This document shows positions 9,096 to 14,593 of a stretch of 64,000 nucleotides of DNA, in pieces. This DNA comes from a virus. Lineage: Duplodnaviria; Caudoviricetes. The notes beneath the pieces are model-generated. The model was not told where the DNA came from and ran no database searches. It saw only the letters and a list, made by a program, of their open reading frames with translations. The stretch is from positions 1 to 64,000 of the IMG/VR virus record IMGVR_UViG_3300037310_000131; one strand, given 5' to 3'. A program made the position numbers and the translations under genes. Each line of letters begins with the position of its first letter. Position 1 is the first letter of the stretch.

Positions 9096-9621
9096 ACAAA
9101 GCTTGACAGCGCGCCCGGCGCGCGCCAATCGTGTGCAAAAGGAGCACAGGCTTTCTCGCTCCATCGGCAAAATCGTAAACGCGAACGCCAGAGAAAGCGG
9201 CGCGAAGCAGGTGCCGAGCGCGGGGCCGCCTTAAACAAGCCAGCCACCTGAAATAATCTGGACGCTGAACGGAGACCCAAACAGCGTTAAAGTAGCTAGG
9301 GGGACAGCAACCCCGGTGGGACCCACAGATGCAGATTTCTGCGACGCGGTTATCGAGCTAAGCCAGCGCGTTCTGTGGGGTGTTGTATACCATACGGATA
9401 CCACACTTGAGGACATTTCTTCAAACCATCTCCATCCCTCCGCAGGGGTGGAGTGTGCCCAGCCGTTTCCAGCCTTAACGACATCCCTCGGTCTTGGGGC
9501 TTGTGCCGGCCCGCTTTGCGCGGGCCTGTATTATGTAGAAAGTTGAAGCTTAGCCAATAATAGTGTTGCCATTTGCCGCAGAAATCTATCAATGACGCGG
9601 ATGGAAACCAGCAAAGCGAAC

Positions 9622-10038
9622 ATGCCACATGTCACAATCTACACAGATGGTGGGTGCGATCCAAATCCCGGCCTTGGGTCGTGGGCGTATGTGTTGGTGT
9701 ATGGCAAGCACCAAAAGGAGGGGTGCGGCGTCGAGGAGAGCTCGACCAACAATCGCGCCGAGTATATCGCCATGATCGAGGGGATGAAGGCCCTAAAGCG
9801 GCCGTGTAGGGTCACGATAGTCACCGATTCCATGAACAACGTATTTCTGTTGCGAGCCGGCAGGGTGAAGTCGCACAAAAGAAAGCACCAAGATTTGGTC
9901 AACCAGATTCTCGACCTGATGGACATTCATGTTGTTGATTATCAAATCATTAAGGGGCATTCTGGGGTCGTCGGAAACGAGCGGTGTGACCAGCTTTGCC
10001 ATCAGGCTAGAAGAGATTTTTTGAAAAAGTTTGCATAA
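9622..10038 (+). CDS. rnhA: ribonuclease HI
   Basis: IYTDGGCDPNPGLGSW, STNNRAE, IVTDS, KGHSGVVGNERCDQL. Confidence 0.95.
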   Translation: MPHVTIYTDGGCDPNPGLGSWAYVLVYGKHQKEGCGVEESSTNNRAEYIAMIEGMKALKRPCRVTIVTDSMNNVFLLRAGRVKSHKRKHQDLVNQILDLMDIHVVDYQIIKGHSGVVGNERCDQLCHQARRDFLKKFA

Positions 10039-10240
10039 ATGCTTGACGGCCCCGGCCACCGCGTGTTTCTGTGGTCCCAGTTCAAGATGGCCTTCAGGGT
10101 TGAGCCACCATCAACCTGACTCGGGAAAGGCTTTCCGCAGAACCAATCCGCCAAGTGGCGAGAGGGTCTGAAGCGATGTTCATTTTAGTTGTAGAGGACA
10201 GTGAGCGGAACCCTGCGGGGTATGGCCTTGTCCTCAACAC

Positions 10241-10315
10241 GCCTCAGTGATGTAGGAGTAAACATACGTCGTTGCCAACGATGATACCAGAGTGCGAATC
10301 TCTGCTGGGGCACCA
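10241..10315 (+). tRNA. tRNA-Gly(GCC)
   Basis: acceptor GCCTCAG/CTGGGGC, loop TT GCC AA, encoded CCA. Confidence 0.9.
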
Positions 10316-10320
10316 ATTTC

Positions 10321-10395
10321 GGGTCGCAAGCATTTCAAGCGATGCGCTAGGCTTTTACCCTTGAGAACTCGGGGCAGTACCGAGGCGACCCACCA
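10321..10395 (+). tRNA. tRNA-Lys(TTT)
   Basis: GGGTCGC/GCGACCC, loop CT TTT AC, CCA. Confidence 0.88.
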
Positions 10396-10401
10396 ATTTA
10401 T

Positions 10402-10476
10402 CGCGACTGACCAAGCAAGCGCATGGGCCTGCCCGCAAAGCAGTGAAGCCGGGAGCGTTACCCGGAGTCGCGTCCA
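10402..10476 (+). tRNA. tRNA-Cys(GCA)
   Basis: CGCGACT/AGTCGCG, U73, loop CC GCA AA, CCA. Confidence 0.85.
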
Positions 10477-10482
10477 CTTAGT

Positions 10483-10551
10483 TGCCAGTTTGGTATTCAA
10501 CTGCAACCTTCACCTGGGGAGAGGCGCAGGCTCGAATCCTGCACTGGGGTA
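10483..10551 (+). pseudogene. degenerate tRNA, anticodon undetermined
   Basis: clean T-arm GCAGG CTCGAAT CCTGC and partial acceptor; poor anticodon stem, no CCA. Confidence 0.5.
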
Positions 10552-10702
10552 AAATCTCAGTTCGTATAGCGGATAGTATACTCCCTGCTCCAGCTATAGG
10601 CGACACAATGCCACTCAGTCTTGTAAGAAAAGCGCAGCAGTTTTTCTTACATGGTGCTCACGAAAGTTGTGCGACAGCCGGGAGAGACCGACACCTGAAC
10701 AT

Positions 10703-10779
10703 GGGCCAAAAGCATTGTTGGTAATGCGCCTCCTTTGCACGGAGAATGCTGGCGGGTTCGACTCCCCCTTGGTCCACCA
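10703..10779 (+). tRNA. tRNA-Ala(TGC)
   Basis: GGGCCAA/TTGGTCC with G3:U70, loop TT TGC AC, CCA. Confidence 0.92.
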
Positions 10780-10784
10780 ATTTC

Positions 10785-10860
10785 GTGCGCGTGGCTCATA
10801 TAGCTGAGCACCATCCTTCCAAGCTGGCCCAAGCAGGTGCAAGTCCTGTCGCGCACTCCA
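10785..10860 (+). tRNA. tRNA-Gly(TCC)
   Basis: GTGCGCG/CGCGCAC, U73, loop CT TCC AA, CCA. Confidence 0.88.
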
Positions 10861-10863
10861 TTT

Positions 10864-10923
10864 GGTCCTGCGGGCACTGCCGCCCGCTCCCCTCGGGGGC
10901 ACCTGAAAGAACAGGTCTGGACC
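10864..10923 (+). ncRNA. 60-nt four-way-junction RNA, unknown
   Basis: GGTCCTG/CTGGACC closing three GC-rich hairpins. Confidence 0.5.
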
Positions 10924-10931
10924 CCCTTTTT

Positions 10932-11018
10932 CCAGTCGTGCCAGAGCAGCAATTGGAGTGCGCTGTAAACGCATTGCCCCAGCGGGCTACATAGGTGCAA
11001 GTCCTTTCGACTGGACCA
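10932..11018 (+). tRNA. tRNA-Tyr(GTA), long variable arm, C1:G72
   Basis: CCAGTCG/CGACTGG, loop CT GTA AA, CCA. Confidence 0.9.
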
Positions 11019-11024
11019 CTTCAT

Positions 11025-11101
11025 TGTCTCGTAGCTCAGATAGTCAGAGCGCCCGCTTGATAAGCGGTAGGTCGTCGGTGCGAAACCGACCGGGACAACC
11101 A
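11025..11101 (+). tRNA. tRNA-Ile(GAT)
   Basis: TGTCTCG/CGGGACA, loop TT GAT AA, CCA. Confidence 0.92.
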
Positions 11102-11102
11102 T

Positions 11103-11420
11103 TTACACCACGACAATTCCTTCACGGATTTCGTGATGGCAGTTCGAGCAAACCAAAACACGCTTCTTGGCTTCTTCTAAAAGAGCCTCAAAGTTCTGGC
11201 CATGACCCTTGGTAGGGATGCCAAGTGACCTTTGTTGTGGGTCGCGGTGGTGAAAGTGAAGTGCAGATATGCAGGTTTTGTAGCCACAAGCACTGCGCTC
11301 GCCGCCAAATAGAGCAACAAGCCGTTGCTTGTTCTTGAGCCTGTTTACCTTGATATGTGCGTAGTTCCCTGTGCGTTTCTTTGAACCACCGGGAGCGGTA
11401 ATAACTTTTGAAATAGACAT
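11103..11420 (-). CDS. HNH endonuclease, possibly decayed, antisense within the tRNA array
   Basis: ACGYKTCISALHFHHRDP...LVCSNCHHEI. Confidence 0.75.
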   Translation of the reverse strand: MSISKVITAPGGSKKRTGNYAHIKVNRLKNKQRLVALFGGERSACGYKTCISALHFHHRDPQQRSLGIPTKGHGQNFEALLEEAKKRVLVCSNCHHEIREGIVVV

Positions 11421-11455
11421 AGCTAATCAAATGACGATTAGCATGGTCTGTCGAT

Positions 11456-11527
11456 AGGGCCGTGGCGAAGTCGCCAAGCAGAACTCCAAATCCTGTTATG
11501 GGAGCGCAATACTCTCCGGCTCTGCCA
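11456..11527 (+). tRNA. tRNA-Trp(CCA), shortened D-arm
   Basis: AGGGCCG/CGGCTCT, G73, loop CT CCA AA, CCA. Confidence 0.82.
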
Positions 11528-11649
11528 ATTTATGTTAGAGATAGCAGTCACAGCGTACGTCGCGTTCTGGATGATCCTTCTTCCGGCGCGGCGTAAGAAC
11601 TAGCAAATCAACAGGGCGAGCGGCCCACTCCGCCGCCCTTTAACTTTCT

Positions 11650-11724
11650 GGGCGTGTAGCTGAGATAGATTAGCGCGTGTCTGAAGAACACGAGACGCTG
11701 GAGCGTTACCAGCCTAGCCCACCA
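11650..11724 (+). tRNA. tRNA-Phe(GAA)
   Basis: anticodon arm CGTGT CT GAA GA ACACG, mismatched acceptor, CCA. Confidence 0.85.
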
Positions 11725-11729
11725 CTTTA

Positions 11730-11801
11730 TGCCGGGAGCTTCGGAAGCCGGCAAGGCTCATACCCTTGTCGAAGCACGTTCGACCCGTGCCCCAGCACCC
11801 A
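11730..11801 (+). tRNA. tRNA-Met-type(CAT), degenerate D-arm
   Basis: CAAGG CT CAT AC CCTTG, T-arm GCACG TTCGACC CGTGC, CCA. Confidence 0.75.
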
Positions 11802-11870
11802 TTTGGGCCAACGCAGTGAAAAGTACCGAAATGCCAAAGTAGCGAAAATCGAGTCGTTGTGCCCATTTAT

Positions 11871-11946
11871 CCATCCGAAGTGTTATCTGGTTGCACGTTC
11901 CGTTTGGGGCGGAATTGTCTCGGTTCAAATCCGGGCGGGTGGACCA
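11871..11946 (+). tRNA. tRNA-Pro(TGG)
   Basis: CCATCCG/CGGGTGG, loop TT TGG GG, CCA. Confidence 0.92.
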
Positions 11947-11952
11947 CTTTAT

Positions 11953-12027
11953 GGGGCTATGGAGTAGTGGTAACTACAGCGCACTGTCCATGCGCAGTCC
12001 GGGGTTCGATTCCCCGTAGCCTCGCCA
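11953..12027 (+). tRNA. tRNA-Asp(GTC)
   Basis: GGGGCTA/TAGCCTC, G73, loop CT GTC CA, CCA. Confidence 0.93.
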
Positions 12028-12032
12028 TTTAT

Positions 12033-12108
12033 GCGCGATTAGAATAGCGGCTAATTCGACAGTCCTACACACTGTTCATCGGGGGTTCGAGTCCCTCATT
12101 GCGCACCA
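12033..12108 (+). tRNA. tRNA-Val(TAC)
   Basis: GCGCGAT/ATTGCGC, loop CC TAC AC, CCA. Confidence 0.92.
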
Positions 12109-12133
12109 CTTTATTGTTGACTGCGTATATCTG

Positions 12134-12307
12134 GTGTGTACTGAAACATGGATTAGTTGCCATATAGATAAAACCTTGCACAAGAACGGACAATGCCGGG
12201 CAACACATGGCAAAATAAGGTGTTATCAAAACGGATGCAGGTGCGAAAGGTGTCGCGCAGCAAACGCAGAGCGTTCTAGAATTTATAGAGCAAAGTCTTT
12301 ATTGTAG
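12134..12307 (+). pseudogene. 57-codon HNH-endonuclease C-terminal remnant
   Basis: manual translation VCTETWISCHIDKTLHKNGQCRATHGKIRCYQNGCRCERCRAANAERSRIYRAKSLL; GTG start uncertain. Confidence 0.55.
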
Positions 12308-12378
12308 AGAAGGCAAATGGCTAGCCGGTTGTCTGTTAAACAACGTCGTTGATAGTTCGATTCTATCCTCTACAGCCA
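12303..12378 (+). tRNA. tRNA-Asn(GTT) copy 1
   Basis: TGTAGAG/CTCTACA, G73, loop CT GTT AA, CCA. Confidence 0.9.
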
Positions 12379-12382
12379 CTTC

Positions 12383-12457
12383 GGGTCGGTAGCTCAGCGG
12401 TAGAGCGTTCGATTGTTAATCGAATGGTCATTGGTTCAATCCCAATCCGTCCCTCCA
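12383..12457 (+). tRNA. tRNA-Asn(GTT) copy 2
   Basis: GGGTCGG/CCGTCCC, loop TT GTT AA, U73, CCA. Confidence 0.88.
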
Positions 12458-12458
12458 G

Positions 12459-12534
12459 CCCCGCTTAGCTCAGCAGTTAGAGCGTCTGCCTGACATGCAG
12501 AAGGCGGCTGGCGCGACACCAGCAGCGGGGACCA
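12459..12534 (+). tRNA. tRNA-Val(GAC)
   Basis: CCCCGCT/AGCGGGG, loop CT GAC AT, CCA. Confidence 0.9.
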
Positions 12535-12535
12535 T

Positions 12536-12611
12536 CGGAGCCTAGCCTAGCGGTTGAGGCACTTGTTTCGGGAACAAGACGAGGCGAGTTCGACTCTCGC
12601 GGCTCCGACCA
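12536..12611 (+). tRNA. tRNA-Pro(CGG)
   Basis: CGGAGCC/GGCTCCG, loop TT CGG GA, CCA. Confidence 0.95.
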
Positions 12612-12617
12612 TTTTAT

Positions 12618-12693
12618 GGACCATTGGTGTAGCGGCACTGCACGTCGAGCTTTGAACTCGAAGGTCTTGGGTCAGCACCAAGATGGTCTGCCA
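12618..12693 (+). tRNA. tRNA-Gln(TTG)
   Basis: GGACCAT/ATGGTCT, loop CT TTG AA, CCA. Confidence 0.9.
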
Positions 12694-12698
12694 ATTTC

Positions 12699-12772
12699 CG
12701 CCCTCTGGTGTAGTAGTAGCACCACGGATTCTGAACCCGTTAGTCTTGGAGCGTAACCAAGGGGGGCGGCCA
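12699..12772 (+). tRNA. tRNA-Gln(CTG)
   Basis: CGCCCTC/GGGGGCG, loop TT CTG AA, CCA. Confidence 0.9.
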
Positions 12773-12835
12773 TTTTAGTCTCGCGTACCATGAGTACAAG
12801 GAGCAACGGCCCCGTATTTTTGCGCGGCCAGCCAA

Positions 12836-13055
12836 TTTCCAGCAGGAGCGCATTCGCTGTTCGCAAATTGCGAATGGAGGAAGTTCGCGTCTGCGCAACA
12901 CACCGAGGCAGGGCTTGTTCTTTGGTTCAAGTCCGCTATGACCTCATGGTAGCAGCAACCCAAACAGACTGAGGATGAGTGTTGTCCTGCGATGTCGGGT
13001 TGGGGCTTAGACAAATGAATGCGGTCAACAGAAACGCGGCTACGTCCACTGGAAA
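12836..13055 (+). ncRNA. rnpB: minimal RNase P RNA (catalytic domain, rudimentary S-domain, no P18)
   Basis: GAGGAAGTTCGCG (12877-89) pairs with ACAGAAACGCGGCTA (13028-42) as P4 with bulged U; P2 CGCATTC/GAATGCG; TTAGACAAATG junction; P6 CAACAC/GTGTTG; P15 AACCC/GGGTT. Confidence 0.8.
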
Positions 13056-13062
13056 AATTTTT

Positions 13063-13139
13063 GGAAGCGAAGCCACAGTAGACGGGCACCCGGCTCTTAC
13101 CCGGATTTCGTGAGGCTGCGACTGCCTCCGCTTCCACCA
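13063..13139 (+). tRNA. tRNA-Lys(CTT)
   Basis: GGAAGCG/CGCTTCC, loop CT CTT AC, CCA. Confidence 0.88.
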
Positions 13140-13205
13140 CCTTCCAGTCAAGATGCCGTAAACTCACAGTGTGTGTTCGGGACCTTCATCTTGGCTGGGT
13201 TCTTT

Positions 13206-13277
13206 GGCCGGTGATTCAGCAATCCACAGGGTTTCATAAGCCCAGTGAATCGGGGGCAGCACCCGGACCAGCCACCA
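13206..13277 (+). tRNA. tRNA-Met/Ile2-type(CAT)
   Basis: GGGT TT CAT AA GCCC, acceptor GGCCGGT/ACCAGCC, CCA. Confidence 0.78.
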
Positions 13278-13281
13278 ATTT

Positions 13282-13357
13282 GCCTGTGAAGTTCATATAG
13301 CTGAACGTGTCCTTGGTAAGGACAATGCAGCGGGTGCAAGTCCCGCCTCAGGCTCCA
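13282..13357 (+). tRNA. tRNA-Thr(GGT)
   Basis: TGTCC TT GGT AA GGACA, CCA. Confidence 0.9.
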
Positions 13358-13358
13358 T

Positions 13359-13442
13359 GGGCGCGTGGTTAACTACGAATAGCAGAGTATTCTGCCTTAG
13401 AAGCAGACAGCCTTGGGGGTGCAAGTCCCTCCGCGCCTACCA
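13359..13442 (+). tRNA. tRNA-Leu(TAG), short variable region, enlarged D-loop
   Basis: GGGCGCG/CGCGCCT, loop CT TAG AA, CCA. Confidence 0.82.
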
Positions 13443-13449
13443 ATTTCAT

Positions 13450-13524
13450 GGCCCAATCGACAACCAGCTAAGTCACTGCGCTTTCAACGCGGAGTACCGG
13501 GGGCAGCACCCGGTTGGGCTACCA
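13450..13524 (+). tRNA. tRNA-Glu(TTC)
   Basis: GGCCCAA/TTGGGCT, loop CT TTC AA, CCA. Confidence 0.9.
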
Positions 13525-13530
13525 CTTCAT

Positions 13531-13605
13531 GGCCGCATCGTATAGAAGTCAGTACGCTGCCCTCTCAAGGCAGGAACCCCGGAGCGTTACCGGGTGCGGC
13601 TACCA
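13531..13605 (+). tRNA. tRNA-Glu(CTC)
   Basis: GGCCGCA/TGCGGCT, loop CT CTC AA, CCA. Confidence 0.92.
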
Positions 13606-13608
13606 TTT

Positions 13609-13693
13609 CGCCAACTGGATGGAATAGCAGACACGGGGCACTCAAAACGCCCTGCCGAAAGGCGTCCCGGTGCAAGTCCGGGGTTGGCGACCA
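13609..13693 (+). tRNA. tRNA-Leu(CAA)
   Basis: CGCCAAC/GTTGGCG, loop CT CAA AA, V-arm with GAAA loop, CCA. Confidence 0.92.
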
Positions 13694-13694
13694 C

Positions 13695-13787
13695 GGTCCC
13701 GTGGTGTAATGTTAGCACCGCTAGTTTTATAAACTGGGCGCACTAGATTGGTGCCGTGTGCTGGTTCAAGTCCAGCCGGGACTACCA
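13695..13787 (+). tRNA. tRNA with TAT (Ile) anticodon and long variable arm
   Basis: GGTCCCG/CGGGACT, CTAGT TT TAT AA ACTGG, 22-nt V region, CCA. Confidence 0.85.
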
Positions 13788-13791
13788 CTTT

Positions 13792-13866
13792 GGTCTGTAA
13801 GTGTTGAGAGATACACGCGGCTTTCGTAAAGCTGAATACTCGGAGCGTTACCGAGACGGACCTCCA
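13792..13866 (+). tRNA. tRNA-Thr(CGT)
   Basis: GGTCTGT/ACGGACC, loop TT CGT AA, CCA. Confidence 0.9.
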
Positions 13867-13870
13867 TTTT

Positions 13871-13946
13871 GTTCTGCAAGCATTGCTGGCGATGCGGCTG
13901 CCTTGTAAGCAGCAGATAGTCGGTTCGATTCCGGCGCGGAACTCCA
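13871..13946 (+). tRNA. tRNA-Thr(TGT)
   Basis: GTTCTGC/GCGGAAC, loop CT TGT AA, CCA. Confidence 0.95.
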
Positions 13947-14025
13947 TCAGGAGCAGTAGTGTAACCGGCAAACACAGGAGCCTGTGAAGCTCCGGTAGAG
14001 AGTTCGAGCCTCTCCCTCCTGACCA
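13947..14025 (+). tRNA. tRNA-His(GTG), atypical acceptor
   Basis: GGAGC CT GTG AA GCTCC, CAGGAG/CTCCTG, A73, CCA. Confidence 0.85.
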
Positions 14026-14029
14026 CTTT

Positions 14030-14105
14030 GCAAGACTCGGCAATGGATAGTCAGTCTCCCCGCGAAGGAGGTTTAGTCCCAGTTCAAGTCTGGGGTCTTG
14101 CGCCA
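14030..14105 (+). tRNA. tRNA-Arg(GCG)
   Basis: GCAAGAC/GTCTTGC, loop CC GCG AA, CCA. Confidence 0.85.
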
Positions 14106-14199
14106 TTTGCTTGACACAGATACCGATATTACAAATGCCGTTGCGAACTGTGTAGAAAAGCGTCTACAGAGGCGTCAAGGAAATGGAGACAATCACTTT

Positions 14200-14275
14200 G
14201 TCGCGTTCAGCCAAGCAGACAGGCGCTGGTCTTCTAAGCCAAGCAATGCGGGTGCAACTCCTGCACGCGGCACCA
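14200..14275 (+). tRNA. tRNA-Arg(TCT)
   Basis: GTCGCGT/ACGCGGC, loop CT TCT AA, CCA. Confidence 0.88.
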
Positions 14276-14278
14276 TTT

Positions 14279-14353
14279 GCTCCATTCGTCCAATGTATAG
14301 GGCCTGCGTCTTCGGAACGCATGATGAGGGTTAGATTCCTTCATGGAGCGCCA
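14279..14353 (+). tRNA. tRNA-Arg(TCG)
   Basis: GCTCCAT/ATGGAGC, loop CT TCG GA, CCA. Confidence 0.9.
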
Positions 14354-14354
14354 C

Positions 14355-14430
14355 TTTCTCGTAGCCTAAGGGATAGGCCCCGGTTTCCTAAACCGTGCGC
14401 ATGCAGGTTCGAGTCCTGTCGAGAAAGCCA
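14355..14430 (+). tRNA. tRNA-Arg(CCT)
   Basis: TTTCTCG/CGAGAAA, loop TT CCT AA, CCA. Confidence 0.93.
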
Positions 14431-14434
14431 CTTC

Positions 14435-14502
14435 GGGCCAAATACAGATTCGATTGGTCCTTCGGGCCCAAGACGCGGGGGCGGTGCCCGCTTGGTCCAC
14501 CA
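14435..14502 (+). ncRNA. mini-tmRNA-like RNA: tRNA-like domain only
   Basis: Ala acceptor with G3:U70, stemless D-loop ATACAGATTCGA, UUCG-capped hairpin in the P2 position, GAC-GCGGG/CCCGC T-arm, ACCA. Confidence 0.7.
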
Positions 14503-14506
14503 CTTT

Positions 14507-14592
14507 GGAGACGCAATCCAGCAGGGCTGGAACGGGCCTTGAAAACCCAGTGACGCGCAAGCGTTGGGATTCGACTTCTCGCGTCTCCGCCA
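14507..14592 (+). tRNA. tRNA-Ser(TGA)
   Basis: GGAGACG/CGTCTCC, G73, loop CT TGA AA, V-arm, CCA. Confidence 0.88.
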
Positions 14593-14593
14593 C

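Noticed and set aside
9300-10038. Retron msr-msd with RNase H
   Set aside because: No reverse transcriptase in the window and no long flanking inverted repeats
10586-10680. Group I intron in a tRNA anticodon loop
   Set aside because: Too short and no recognisable P/Q/R/S elements
13206-13277. Opal suppressor or Sec tRNA (TCA reading of TTTCATAA)
   Set aside because: The GGGT/GCCC stem centres the 7-nt loop on CAT; no Sec-type long arms
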